A DNA stretch of 64,000 nucleotides from NCBI GenBank assembly GCA_001774685.1, contig MFAS01000001.1:159557-223556 (forward strand), read 5' to 3'. Under the pieces are notes generated by a model. The model was not told the origin of the DNA. It did not search any database and saw only the letters and a program-made list of their open reading frames with translations. Of this stretch, positions 1 through 9,287 are shown piece after piece. This stretch comes from Candidatus Collierbacteria bacterium RIFOXYD2_FULL_45_13 (GTDB lineage Bacteria > Patescibacteriota > Microgenomatia > UBA1400 > MFAQ01). The translations under genes were made by a program, and so were the position numbers. Numbering within the stretch: position 1 is the first letter of the stretch; each line of letters opens with the position of its first letter.

Positions 1-314
1 CCCGAGTTCTGCTCAAAGAAGACGGTGCTTACCTCATCGGCCTCAATATTCAAAAATACAAGTTTTCCAGCATACCGGAATATGACCCCGCCCGCACCAG
101 AAAGCTTCTCCTTCACAAGAAGGAAATCGTGGCTATTCAAACAAAAATGAGATCAGCCGGGTTGACTTTGGTGCCTCTGAAGCTGTATAATAAGGGTAGT
201 CTCGTGAAGGTGCAAATAGCTCTAGTTCGAGGCAAAAAGAAGTTTGAAAAGCGCGAGTTGATTAAAAAAAGGGTCTCAAACCTGAGCTTAGCGAGACGTT
301 TAAAAAACCAATAG
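1..314 (+). CDS. smpB: SsrA-binding protein SmpB (5'-truncated by window edge)
   Basis: Frame reads ...YDPARTRKLLLHKKEI...GLTLVPLKLY...VKVQIALVRGKKKFEKRE, typical SmpB C-terminal half; adjacent to tmRNA. Confidence 0.95.
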   Translation, partial: RVLLKEDGAYLIGLNIQKYKFSSIPEYDPARTRKLLLHKKEIVAIQTKMRSAGLTLVPLKLYNKGSLVKVQIALVRGKKKFEKRELIKKRVSNLSLARRLKNQ

Positions 315-572
315 ATGAAAGGACAAAAAATGGATCTGTTCTGGACCAAAATTATCCCTGAATGTGTTTCCAAGTATCCTTGGGGTGGTGAATTTACGGC
401 TAAAATGAGCCTAAAAAAGTATCAAGAGGGCATCAAGTCCAAAATTAAGGCTATGGATGAAAACGAATTTGACTTGTTCCTGGCCGCTGTTGTTATGCAA
501 GCGAGCCGTGATCAGATGATGGGCGTTAATTTAACCGAAAAAGTTGGTTTCCTTAGAGGTCTTCGAGCCTAA
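315..572 (+). CDS. Small hypothetical protein (85 aa)
   Basis: ATG directly abuts smpB TAG; clean ORF, no recognised motif. Confidence 0.65.
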   Translation: MKGQKMDLFWTKIIPECVSKYPWGGEFTAKMSLKKYQEGIKSKIKAMDENEFDLFLAAVVMQASRDQMMGVNLTEKVGFLRGLRA

Positions 573-577
573 TCAAC

Positions 578-623
578 CGTCATTGCGAGTTTCGGTACCC
601 CGAACCGTGGCAATCTCACTCCA
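578..623. repeat. GTCATTGCGAG...CGTGGCAATCTC short palindromic (REP/RPE-like) element, copy 1
   Basis: Shares CGTCATTGCGAG and CGTGGCAATCTCACTCCA with the copy at 31991; ATTGC/GCAAT arms around an inner TTCGG/CCGAA hairpin. Confidence 0.8.
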
Positions 624-634
624 CGCGGTTTAGT

Positions 635-663
635 TTGCATTTTACGCTCATTCGTGGTATATT
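635..663 (+). promoter_or_regulatory. sigma70-type promoter of ssrA
   Basis: TTGCAT-17 bp-TATATT with TG extension, 9 nt upstream of tmRNA 5' end. Confidence 0.65.
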
Positions 664-672
664 ATAGGCATT

Positions 673-1085
673 GGGGACGACAGGAATCGATGGAATGGTA
701 CGTTTACAGACGCAAGCCTCCTTTGGTAATAGGAGTCAAACAGACCAAAACACAACTGTCAATAAAGAAGACAAGTTACTTGGTTTCGTGGCTAGTGGAG
801 TCAAATCCCTCGCTAACGAAATCAAATCTTTCACTCCCGTTTACGCTTTTGCCTAAACTGTAGTTTAAAGACGTCTTGAGAGCCGGCGGATCCCGGGCTA
901 CTTTCAGGGCGAAAAAATACCGGATTGAATGCTTCAAGTTTGATTTAGGCTTGAAGACTAACTTTTTCTAAATCGACCATAAAGTGTTCTTGTTTGCCTG
1001 AAGCTTTATGGAAAATCGGCAATCTAAGCTTGTAGACTCTGTAATCAGATTACTCCAGACGAGGGTTCGACTCCCTCCGTCTCCA
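673..1085 (+). ncRNA. ssrA: tmRNA
   Basis: Acceptor stem GGGGACG/CGTCTCC-A with G3.U, T-arm GAGGG-TTCGACT-CCCTC, internal tag frame ending ...PVYAFA-TAA (856); next to smpB. Confidence 0.95.
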
Positions 1086-1121
1086 CAAACAAAAAGTCCA
1101 CCCTCGCGGGAGAGTTTTTGG

Positions 1122-2996
1122 TTATTTCAACACCCCCACCGTCCCGTTGATCAGCACCATCAGATTCCCCTGACTATCAAACTCAATATCCGAAGCCTCC
1201 AGCAACTTTCCGGATTTCAATGTCTGGCTGCACACACCCGTTTCTTTACTGCACAGAGCCACCAAGCCGCGACTAACACCCAAAAGGGCAATCTTCGCCC
1301 CATTCTGTTCTACTGCGATCCGATTTATTTTTATCTCAGCCGGAAGACCGCTCAAAGAAAACGACTCTCTTGATCCTCGTCGAAATTTTTCGACTTCTCC
1401 TTTTTCGTAGGCCACCCAAACATCACTGTCAATCGCCATATCTACTGGTTCAAAGCTCATTGACTGATTTTGCTTAAACCATCTGGTCCTGTCACCAAAT
1501 CCATCTCCAGTGGCGGCGTATTTATATATCTCCTTGTTTCCTTGATCAAGTACGTATAAGTTACCCCCAAAACTACCCAGGACCTTTGGTTTTCCCACGG
1601 CCGAATCAAACTTTATCAGATCGACGCCGGTTACCGCGTTTCTAACACCTTCGTTACTTAGCACCATAATTTTATTTCCCTCGCCGGCAACATCCAACCA
1701 ACCCAAACCCTCCCCTTTCCCGGCCACCACTTTTATATCTTTCGTTTTAACCTCTGCCGTTACAATCACCCCCATTGATGTGTCAAGGACGATAAATTGG
1801 CCGTTATTCTGTAAATTCATTCTATTGCCTTTATACCCCTGCCGCACGAGGTTAATTTTTAAGATTTCTTCTATTTGGCTCTCCTTCTCTCCAGAAGCCA
1901 CCGTCCACCCATCGTTGATCATTTTTTCCAAATCAAAAAGTTCTTTGCTATATCGACCTGAAACAAAATGATCCTTACCGGCATCAAAACTCAACCTCAG
2001 ATCCTCAATCAGTTTCTTGGCACCGGTAGGATTAATGGAAACCAAACCCCCGGCTTCCTGTAAACTCTTTTCTATTGGCTCAGAAAAACTCTGCCATCTT
2101 TTCTGCTGAGCAGTTTGTTTCATCTTTATCGAACCGGAAACCAAACTTATCAACAATAGAATCAAAAACAAAACTCCCAAAAGCATCGACCACTTTTTCC
2201 TTTTTGGAGAAAGTCCTCTGTCTACCAACTCCCTACGTTCAACCGGTCGGAATTTCATCCACTGGTTGATCAGCTTCTCTTTCAAACCTATCGGACCAAC
2301 CAATTTATCTTCAGCCAAGTCCAAAACAGGCTTCCTCTCGTTCACTTCGGAAATATTGGAATCTTGTTCTACATACTCGCCAACCTCAATAGTATTGAGT
2401 TCCTGTTCCATCAATTCATTGAAGTTCAGAATTAGTCCGGCGGCAGCGTTGTTTTCTTCCACCAGCTCATGGTTCCAGCGCCGGACATCTTCCTCTGTCG
2501 CCACCGACAAGCTTTTAAAAATCTCGTCCTTAGCTACTCCGACAAGCACTATCATTTTGTCTCCACTTATGACACTCCCCTTCACCACCTTATCCGGTGT
2601 CAACCTCCCAGTAAAATCATACTCTTGTTGGTTACGGGTTAACACTACTTTTACCTTTCCCCACCCTGCAACCCTGATCTCCCGCTTTCCGTCAAAATAA
2701 CTAACCCACACCCAAACTCCGTTTAAGTTGGGGAATTTTTTCTCCCACTTTTTTCCAAAGTCTCCCAGATCTCCGCCCAGTTCTAAATTATTGAAATACT
2801 CCTCAACCCAAGCCATCTGTTCGGCATCTCTCTCCGCCCAGTTCTCCATGTTTTCATCGAAAACAGCACCAAAAAGGGCTCCTTTATACGCAAGCTCCTT
2901 ATCGTCAAAGGGAATTCGTGCATAAACTTGAGCCCAGCCATTGGCCCCTTCCTCATTTACAATTCTCCAAAAAGATAATCCTAAGCCGGTATTCAT
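1122..2996 (-). CDS. Single-pass membrane protein with probable C-terminal beta-propeller (CPR-type)
   Basis: 624 aa; TM helix WSMLLGVLFLILLLISLV; C-terminal NLYVLD...IYKY / DMAIDSDVWV beta-repeat pattern. Confidence 0.8.
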   Translation of the reverse strand: MNTGLGLSFWRIVNEEGANGWAQVYARIPFDDKELAYKGALFGAVFDENMENWAERDAEQMAWVEEYFNNLELGGDLGDFGKKWEKKFPNLNGVWVWVSYFDGKREIRVAGWGKVKVVLTRNQQEYDFTGRLTPDKVVKGSVISGDKMIVLVGVAKDEIFKSLSVATEEDVRRWNHELVEENNAAAGLILNFNELMEQELNTIEVGEYVEQDSNISEVNERKPVLDLAEDKLVGPIGLKEKLINQWMKFRPVERRELVDRGLSPKRKKWSMLLGVLFLILLLISLVSGSIKMKQTAQQKRWQSFSEPIEKSLQEAGGLVSINPTGAKKLIEDLRLSFDAGKDHFVSGRYSKELFDLEKMINDGWTVASGEKESQIEEILKINLVRQGYKGNRMNLQNNGQFIVLDTSMGVIVTAEVKTKDIKVVAGKGEGLGWLDVAGEGNKIMVLSNEGVRNAVTGVDLIKFDSAVGKPKVLGSFGGNLYVLDQGNKEIYKYAATGDGFGDRTRWFKQNQSMSFEPVDMAIDSDVWVAYEKGEVEKFRRGSRESFSLSGLPAEIKINRIAVEQNGAKIALLGVSRGLVALCSKETGVCSQTLKSGKLLEASDIEFDSQGNLMVLINGTVGVLK

Positions 2997-3017
2997 TGTT
3001 GGGCAGGTGTTCCTTTC

Positions 3018-3239
3018 CTAAGCTAATAGTACAATAACAGTCACAAAAAGCGAAAACAAAAAGTATCCCCAAGTCAAAACCTTGAGACTTTTCCCGATTG
3101 GTAGATTGACCACTTTGTCCATCAAACTTTCCTGTCTGACCATAATCAGAGAAAGAATCAAAAAGAGAATCATTGATACCTTTACCATTAGCCCTACAAT
3201 CATACTCAGACTAATGGTTACTCCTGGTATTATCTCCAT
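3018..3239 (-). CDS. Small two-TM membrane protein (DUF5657-like)
   Basis: 73 aa, two hydrophobic helices around VRQESLM; overlaps upstream gene end. Confidence 0.7.
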   Translation of the reverse strand: MEIIPGVTISLSMIVGLMVKVSMILFLILSLIMVRQESLMDKVVNLPIGKSLKVLTWGYFLFSLFVTVIVLLA

Positions 3240-3877
3240 GGTTTCTCAGCTTCTTCTGTTAATTGTGAAATTACCGATGCCACTTTGTCTGGGAAGGCCA
3301 CTGCTTCGAAAGTGAAGGCAGAGGTTTCTGTGTGAGTATCTGGAGTTCTCTGCTCGGATGCCGTCTGAACAATCACATCTCCATAGTTAAAAAAACTAGC
3401 CAGGATTCCCTTCTGTGTATAGTTGACGTCTTGGATCATTGAAATCTGCGCTACATTTACCGTCTTACTCAACAGTCCAATAAAGTCTACGTCCACCAAC
3501 CTCTCGTTGGTAATAATGTAGACATTGTAAAACCAGGTCAAAAAACTTTGCATGCCGAAGAATATCAGCCCCATGTACCACAACATCGTAATGCTAACCA
3601 GGGTGTTGCCGTCCAGTGCCTTTAGAAAAGGGAACTCCCCCCATACAAAGGGAATTACAAAAGCAAAGCACAGCATGGCTATCCATCCTAAATTGGTGAC
3701 AAGGTGCCTTCTTCCCAAGAGCAGAACGGTTTCGTCGTCTTGCTGAGATTCAAATCTAAACCTGTGGGGGCGGGGTATACAAGATCCAAAGGAGCTCCCT
3801 GAAAAACTCTCACCCAACAGTTTCTTTATCTCCGCTGATTCTCCTTTGACACTTCCCGCTTTAAAAACTTCCGGCAT
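3230..3877 (-). CDS. Membrane protein with bacterial PH (bPH_2-like) domain
   Basis: Two TMs then W..NVYIITNERLVD...IQDV...G.LASFFNYGDVIVQTA; start reassigned to MPEVF (3877), preceded by TACAAT. Confidence 0.85.
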   Translation of the reverse strand: MPEVFKAGSVKGESAEIKKLLGESFSGSSFGSCIPRPHRFRFESQQDDETVLLLGRRHLVTNLGWIAMLCFAFVIPFVWGEFPFLKALDGNTLVSITMLWYMGLIFFGMQSFLTWFYNVYIITNERLVDVDFIGLLSKTVNVAQISMIQDVNYTQKGILASFFNYGDVIVQTASEQRTPDTHTETSAFTFEAVAFPDKVASVISQLTEEAEKPWR

Positions 3878-3902
3878 ACCTAATTGTACCAAACCAATCT
3901 CC

Positions 3903-5645
3903 CTACTTCTTTTCAATATTAAACAACCCGCTCTTGAGAGAAATCCATCCCGGAGCCCGGATATTGAAGACTTTCTTAAACTCCGAACCGGACATCTCCA
4001 CAGCACCTTTATTGGTCTCAAAATGAACATTGGCTGTGTAACCTCCGTCTGAATATGTCACACTCACTCCACTTACACTACTATAACCACCACCTACACT
4101 TTCAGCCTTACTCCTCAAGTCGCTCATGCTGTACGGATTGTCTCCACCACAACCACCCAAGGGTAAGACTCTCGAGTCTGAACCGTTTTTCAAAACTTTC
4201 CAAGCGTTCAATAAATCTGCCATTTCTTCTGAAGTTAACCAGGGGTGGCTTCTGCCGCAACTGGCTCCACTACTGCCTTTGTACCAAGCTTTGTAAAACC
4301 AAGGGCTACCGGCAATTTTTTCATAAGCCTGTGACGTCCAACCCGACCTTCCATTTGAAGTATCCCAAAAGGCGGATGTGGTATATCCGGCATAGCTATC
4401 GGTATACGACTCTTGATATCCACCGGAAGTCGACGCATACCAAGATTTGAATGGTTTTCCGTTGGCCATCATTACCCATCCCTTAGTCGCATTCACCGCC
4501 TCCTCCCACTTTCCACCCTTATTCGCATTCTTGTAAACTTGACATGCCTGAGTCGTACAAATCGCTCCTCCGTTTCCTTGATCGGTCCAAGCCAGAGCGT
4601 AAGATCTAGCCGCCACCGCTTGGGCCTTCAAGGCCTCCATTCCGCCACTATCCCCCCAACCACCTGGCATCTCGTAAATTCTTTTTACATATGTTTCAAT
4701 ATCCATCCGACCATATCCTTGGACGCTGATTTGTTTACCGGCATCATAATCCTTTTTTATCTCTACGCCTCCATAATAAGCATGTAATATTTCCTCGGCG
4801 TTTTGACCAGACTTGGCCCGCCCATAAGCTCCGTACTGGCTCATTCCCTTGAAGTGTGGCGCTCCGAAGGAAAACGCCGCGAAGGCAGGAGAGAAGCCAG
4901 GATTATAATCCGGCCGCGAAGCCGGATCATCTGCCAACGGTACATCTCCCACTGTAGTAGAAAAAGTTCCTTGTTTCTCGGCCAAGATCGCCGCCTGCTT
5001 GGCCGATAGTGCCGCAATCTTTCCCGACAAATCACTCTGAAAGGCTTTGGCCTTTTTTACCTCGGCTTGAAAAAAAAGGTTTTGTTTGTCCAGCTCCGCC
5101 TGCAGTTTACTAAGCTGTTCCTTTTGTTTTTCCAGAGTTTTTTTATCTTCTTCCAGTTGGCCAATTTCTTGAACCAAGCTCACAATTACTTGCCTGTCTT
5201 TATCATTACTCTCTTGTCTGTAAGCCAGTTCCCTCCTAGTTTGTCCCATGCTCGTGCTGGAAAGCAAACTCACCCACAACGGTTCGGATCGCAGTCGGAT
5301 ATACATTCCTCTTATCTTCACCGCCAATACCATGTATTGCGTCGACACTTTTTCACTTCTGTCTTTAATTCCAATTTCGGTCGTTTTTAGTTTGGCCAGA
5401 GCCGTGTTGATCCCTTTTTGTAAGGCTGCTATCCTGGATCCCAGTTTTTTGACCTCCGTTTCCAAAGGCGCGGTCGCCGCCAGTGACATATCTAGTTCTT
5501 TTTGCGATTCATTTTTACAAATCTCCAGCTGATCAATCGCCAAATTGTTGATATTCCCCTCCGAACAATCAATCGCCTCAGCCGAGTTAATGCCAGCAAA
5601 AAGGCCCACCCCTAATACCACCACTAATAAATACCGCCACTTCAT
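3903..5645 (-). CDS. SpoIID/LytB-domain peptidoglycan lytic protein with N-terminal coiled coil
   Basis: Signal peptide, long coiled coil, GMSQYGA..., YEMP..W..EALKAQAVAARSYA, ICTTQACQVY motifs. Confidence 0.9.
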   Translation of the reverse strand: MKWRYLLVVVLGVGLFAGINSAEAIDCSEGNINNLAIDQLEICKNESQKELDMSLAATAPLETEVKKLGSRIAALQKGINTALAKLKTTEIGIKDRSEKVSTQYMVLAVKIRGMYIRLRSEPLWVSLLSSTSMGQTRRELAYRQESNDKDRQVIVSLVQEIGQLEEDKKTLEKQKEQLSKLQAELDKQNLFFQAEVKKAKAFQSDLSGKIAALSAKQAAILAEKQGTFSTTVGDVPLADDPASRPDYNPGFSPAFAAFSFGAPHFKGMSQYGAYGRAKSGQNAEEILHAYYGGVEIKKDYDAGKQISVQGYGRMDIETYVKRIYEMPGGWGDSGGMEALKAQAVAARSYALAWTDQGNGGAICTTQACQVYKNANKGGKWEEAVNATKGWVMMANGKPFKSWYASTSGGYQESYTDSYAGYTTSAFWDTSNGRSGWTSQAYEKIAGSPWFYKAWYKGSSGASCGRSHPWLTSEEMADLLNAWKVLKNGSDSRVLPLGGCGGDNPYSMSDLRSKAESVGGGYSSVSGVSVTYSDGGYTANVHFETNKGAVEMSGSEFKKVFNIRAPGWISLKSGLFNIEKK

Positions 5646-5698
5646 TACATCTAGTTTATATCAAGCTCTTACCATCATCCATGATAAAATTACAGTGC

Positions 5699-6115
5699 AT
5701 GAAATACCTCTTTCGACTTCTCGCCATTACTTTATTGTTTCTAGCTCTACTCTCTCCAACTACCGCAAATGCCACATCTGTGGGACCAATCAATTTTGCC
5801 TCCCCTCAAGGATCGTGCGGACAAGACTCCGTGGAAACAGCTCTGGGGTGTATCTCCACATTAGCCGATGCCGGACCAAACTCCTTCTTTGCTTCAATAA
5901 TTAAAATTGCAGTCGGCTTAGGTGGCGGACTCGCCCTGATTCTTATGCTTTACGGAGTCTTCATTGTTACCACCTCGGCTGGCATACCCGACAAGCTCAA
6001 AGAGGGTCAAGAAGTGATTACCTCAGCAATTTCCGGTCTCATCTTCATCATCCTCTCTGTTTTTCTACTAAACTTTATTGGTATCAATATTCTTAGTCTC
6101 CCTGGTTTACAATAA
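5699..6115 (+). CDS. VirB2/TrbC-like T4SS pilin 1 (full signal peptide, Cys pair)
   Basis: TM-G...TTSAGIPDKLKEGQEVITSAISGL-TM pilin hairpin; ETALGCI motif. Confidence 0.85.
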   Translation: MKYLFRLLAITLLFLALLSPTTANATSVGPINFASPQGSCGQDSVETALGCISTLADAGPNSFFASIIKIAVGLGGGLALILMLYGVFIVTTSAGIPDKLKEGQEVITSAISGLIFIILSVFLLNFIGINILSLPGLQ

Positions 6116-6119
6116 AATC

Positions 6120-6479
6120 ATGTTCTTCATAAAATCAGCCTACGCCGTAAATATTGGTCAAACCACATTATCAGGTTCTGGAGCTGATATTTCCAAACTT
6201 TACAATCCCGCCGAATCCAAAATCAAGATTGGTTCAGCCTTAAACAGTCTTTTCTCCAAAGACCTCATTAATTTGGTTTTTGTCATCGCCGGACTTCTCT
6301 TTTTTGCCAGTCTTGTCATGGCCGGTTGGGACTATATGATGAGTTCCGGTGACCCCAAAAAGGTAGCAGGGGCATCCACCAGATTTATCAACAGCTTGCT
6401 GGGTATCATTATGTCCCTCGTTGCCTACCTTGTAGTCCGGATAGTTCTGTCATTCTTGGGTCTTGGCAATCTCATTTAA
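6120..6479 (+). CDS. VirB2/TrbC-like T4SS pilin 2
   Basis: AGWDYMMSSGDPKKVAGASTRFINSLLG between two TMs; start MFFIKSAYA. Confidence 0.85.
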   Translation: MFFIKSAYAVNIGQTTLSGSGADISKLYNPAESKIKIGSALNSLFSKDLINLVFVIAGLLFFASLVMAGWDYMMSSGDPKKVAGASTRFINSLLGIIMSLVAYLVVRIVLSFLGLGNLI

Positions 6480-6505
6480 CCTGTTTTGGTATAATTTACA
6501 CCTGC

Positions 6506-7216
6506 ATGGCCACCCTACCAAAACACATTGCAATTATGATGGACGGTAATCGCCGCTGGGCACGTACCAAGGGCTTAGACCCTGTAAAAGGTCACGAATA
6601 CGCCGCCAATCACACTATAGAACCGCTGATTGAAAAATGTGCTGATCTGGGCATACCTTATGTCACCTTTTGGGCCTTTTCAACCGAAAACTGGAAACGG
6701 GAGGAAAAAGAGGTCCAAGGCATCCTAGAGATATTCCGACTTGCCTTTGGAGCCCTTGCCCTTCGCTTTATCAGCAAAGGAGCCAAATTGCATATTCTTG
6801 GAGATATGAGTCGATTTCCAAAGGATATCGTCAACAAATCACTTGAGATGATTGCGAAGTCTTCAAAAAATAACAAGATCACGGTCTCCTTTGCCCTCAA
6901 CTATGGAGGTCGTGACGAGATTGTCCGGGCCGTTAAAAAAATAGTTGCTGAAAAAATTCCCGTTAACCAAATCAATGAAGAAGCTGTCTCGACCCACCTC
7001 GATACTGCTGGTATGCCCGATCCGGATCTTGTCATCCGCACCGGCGGAGAACGACGTACCTCAGGCTATCTCCCCTGGCAATCTGTTTACTCCGAACTAT
7101 ATTTCACTCCCATTCTATTTCCCGACTTCACTCCCGACCAACTCATGGAAGCTATTAACGACTTCTCCCAAAGAGATCGCCGATTCGGCGGGAATTCCAC
7201 CCCAAAGACGAAATAA
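6506..7216 (+). CDS. uppS: Undecaprenyl diphosphate synthase
   Basis: HIAIMMDGNRRWA, FSTENWKR, NYGGRDEI, DLVIRTGGE.R.SG. Confidence 0.97.
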   Translation: MATLPKHIAIMMDGNRRWARTKGLDPVKGHEYAANHTIEPLIEKCADLGIPYVTFWAFSTENWKREEKEVQGILEIFRLAFGALALRFISKGAKLHILGDMSRFPKDIVNKSLEMIAKSSKNNKITVSFALNYGGRDEIVRAVKKIVAEKIPVNQINEEAVSTHLDTAGMPDPDLVIRTGGERRTSGYLPWQSVYSELYFTPILFPDFTPDQLMEAINDFSQRDRRFGGNSTPKTK

Positions 7217-7417
7217 GATTTCATCGATAGCTTCCTGAGCAAAACCTTTCTTTTCAAATCTTTCACGGATCTGATAATAATCTCCAACCAATGGAATAGA
7301 CCCCCCAGGATATTTAAATACCGTCATGTCTGAGTCTTTTAATGTTTTTTCTTCTCCGTCGAATCTCATCCTTGTCGGTTGTTCACGCCAGTGTCTTGGT
7401 ACTTCCATAAAATTCAT
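7115..7417 (-). CDS. Hypothetical protein; N-terminus resembles the start of DUF35 Zn-ribbon/OB-fold proteins but lacks the Cys
   Basis: MEVPRHWR start; fills gap downstream of the polyprenyl synthase; overlaps uppS 3' end by 102 bp. Confidence 0.55.
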   Translation of the reverse strand: MNFMEVPRHWREQPTRMRFDGEEKTLKDSDMTVFKYPGGSIPLVGDYYQIRERFEKKGFAQEAIDEILFRLWGGIPAESAISLGEVVNSFHELVGSEVGK

Positions 7418-7462
7418 CCTAAAACACCATTTCTCTCAAACACTCTCACAATTTGTCACCAC

Positions 7463-8572
7463 CTATACCTCCCTCTCCACCATATACCTCGCAATCCCCT
7501 CGAGGTAATCGATCGCTTCTTCATTTAACCCCTTACCTCTCAAAGAAGCCGCCGTATCCGCGGCTTTGGCCGCATATTTTCTGGCTACATTTACGGAATA
7601 GGTATGTGCCCCGCTTTCTCTGATCGCCAGTTTTGCCGCCTCTATATCGCCATCCTCCGCCATGAGTTTTCCCCAAACTTTTAACAAGGCCTCCTTTTGG
7701 TTTTCTGTTCCCATCTCCATAACTTTCACAACGAGGAGTGTCACTTTGCCTTGCAATAGATCCGAGTTGGCGGATTTTCCGATTTTTTCTTCGTTGCCAT
7801 AGACACCTAGTACATCATCCTGCAGTTGAAAGGCTATCCCGCCGTCCACCGAATACTTACTTAGTATTTCTAAGATATCTTCCGGCAAACCAGCCAGCAA
7901 ACCGCCAACCATCAAGGGGTTTTCGTATGTATAGATTGCTGTTTTGGCTCTATGCAAGCTCATCACCTTTTCTTCCGTTATCTCTCCTATTTTTGACAAA
8001 CTCACATCGTACGCTTGTCCAAAGGCCGTATTGGTAATTCCTCTCAACACTTGTTTCATTATTCTTTGAATCTTTTCTCTGTCGGAACTACACTCTAACA
8101 ATCTTTCAAATCCTAAGCACAAAATAGCATCCCCGACATTCACGGCCATCGTGTCTCCATAATGAGCATCTCCTTCGCCAAAAAACTCTTGGGTTGTGGG
8201 TCTCCCCCTCCTTATTTTGTCTCCATCCATAAAGTCATCGTGCATTAAAAGAGCCGTGTGCACCAGCTCCACCGCTTCCGCCGCTCTCCACACCCCCTCC
8301 ATATTTTCGAATTTTTGATTTTTTGATTTTTTGAGTTTTTTCCCCAGCCGATATCCATAAATCACAAAGGCTGACCTTGCCCTTTTTGCCGATCTCAAGT
8401 TGTGTTCCTTGCTGTGACACAATATTTTGTGTACCAGTTTCTTCTGTGTCGGATTAAAACCAAAATTTTTCTCAATTTCCTCATCCCAATATTTATTCAA
8501 TCTCAAATCCATTTCTTTAGCCAATTCCATCAACCTTGCTTTCGCCCACTCTCCTAGCTTGTTTGTTACCAT
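7463..8572 (-). CDS. Polyprenyl (farnesyl/geranylgeranyl) diphosphate synthase
   Basis: FARM LMHDDFMDGDKIRRG, SARM FQLQDDVLG, KTA motif; start reassigned to MVTNKL. Confidence 0.93.
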   Translation of the reverse strand: MVTNKLGEWAKARLMELAKEMDLRLNKYWDEEIEKNFGFNPTQKKLVHKILCHSKEHNLRSAKRARSAFVIYGYRLGKKLKKSKNQKFENMEGVWRAAEAVELVHTALLMHDDFMDGDKIRRGRPTTQEFFGEGDAHYGDTMAVNVGDAILCLGFERLLECSSDREKIQRIMKQVLRGITNTAFGQAYDVSLSKIGEITEEKVMSLHRAKTAIYTYENPLMVGGLLAGLPEDILEILSKYSVDGGIAFQLQDDVLGVYGNEEKIGKSANSDLLQGKVTLLVVKVMEMGTENQKEALLKVWGKLMAEDGDIEAAKLAIRESGAHTYSVNVARKYAAKAADTAASLRGKGLNEEAIDYLEGIARYMVEREV

Positions 8573-8579
8573 GTGTCCA

Positions 8580-8594
8580 ATTTTACTGTAAAAT
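8580..8594. promoter_or_regulatory. Palindromic back-to-back -10 elements (bidirectional promoter)
   Basis: ATTTTAC-T-GTAAAAT gives TAAAAT on both strands, 6 and 7 nt from the two divergent ATGs in a 28-bp gap. Confidence 0.6.
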
Positions 8595-8600
8595 ATTCGT

Positions 8601-8921
8601 ATGGTTATCAAAACCTCTCTTGCCGCAGAATCACTGGAGAACCTCTATGCTCCAGCCAAAGCCTTGAGCGGGGGTAGTGGGGCCACTCTCGCCAAACTCA
8701 TCAATCCTCTGATATACAACGTACTTATTATCTCCGGCCTGATTGCCTTTATTGTCATCATCATCGCTGGCTTCAACTATGTTTCGGCAGGTGGTGACAA
8801 GGGCAAAATTGAACAAGCACAAAACATGCTAAACTATTCAATAATAGGCCTGATATTAGTCGTCCTCGCCTTTTTAATTACTCGGGTCATTGGAGCGATC
8901 TTCGGCTTTAAATTCTTTTAA
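8601..8921 (+). CDS. VirB2/TrbC-like pilin 3
   Basis: AGFNYVSAGGDKGKIEQAQNMLNYSIIGL motif. Confidence 0.9.
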   Translation: MVIKTSLAAESLENLYAPAKALSGGSGATLAKLINPLIYNVLIISGLIAFIVIIIAGFNYVSAGGDKGKIEQAQNMLNYSIIGLILVVLAFLITRVIGAIFGFKFF

Positions 8922-8926
8922 CAAAA

Positions 8927-9286
8927 ATGAACATCCTCAACCAACTTATCAATAGTGCTTATGCCACCGATGTCATTGGCACCATTGATTTACCCGCCGG
9001 AATCCCCAAAGAAACCAGCCAGACCACCGACATTATCTCGGCCCTTATTCGTTTTATCGTTGTTGTGGGCGGAGTTTTTGCCCTTTGGCAATTACTGTCC
9101 GGGGGTTTTCAATTTATCAGCTCCGGCGGAGACAAAGGTAAGTTGGCCGAAGCTCAAAATAAAATTACCATGAGTCTGGTCGGCCTAGTCATCATCGCCG
9201 CCAGTTTCATCATCATCGCCATTATCAGCAAGGTTCTTTTTGATGATTTCGGAGCCATCCTCGCCCCCAAATTACAATCCATCTGA
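8927..9286 (+). CDS. VirB2/TrbC-like pilin 4
   Basis: GGFQFISSGGDKGKLAEAQNKITMSLVGL. Confidence 0.9.
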   Translation: MNILNQLINSAYATDVIGTIDLPAGIPKETSQTTDIISALIRFIVVVGGVFALWQLLSGGFQFISSGGDKGKLAEAQNKITMSLVGLVIIAASFIIIAIISKVLFDDFGAILAPKLQSI

Positions 9287-9287
9287 T

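Noticed and set aside
654-863. ORFs 654..863 and 671..856 as protein genes
   Set aside because: They lie within the tmRNA; the second is the tag reading frame extended upstream
3878-4030. N-terminal extensions in the ORF track (e.g. 4030, 8611, 14143, 21527, 31672, 54731)
   Set aside because: They overlap neighbours or regulatory DNA; downstream ATGs fit family N-termini and adjacent -10 hexamers
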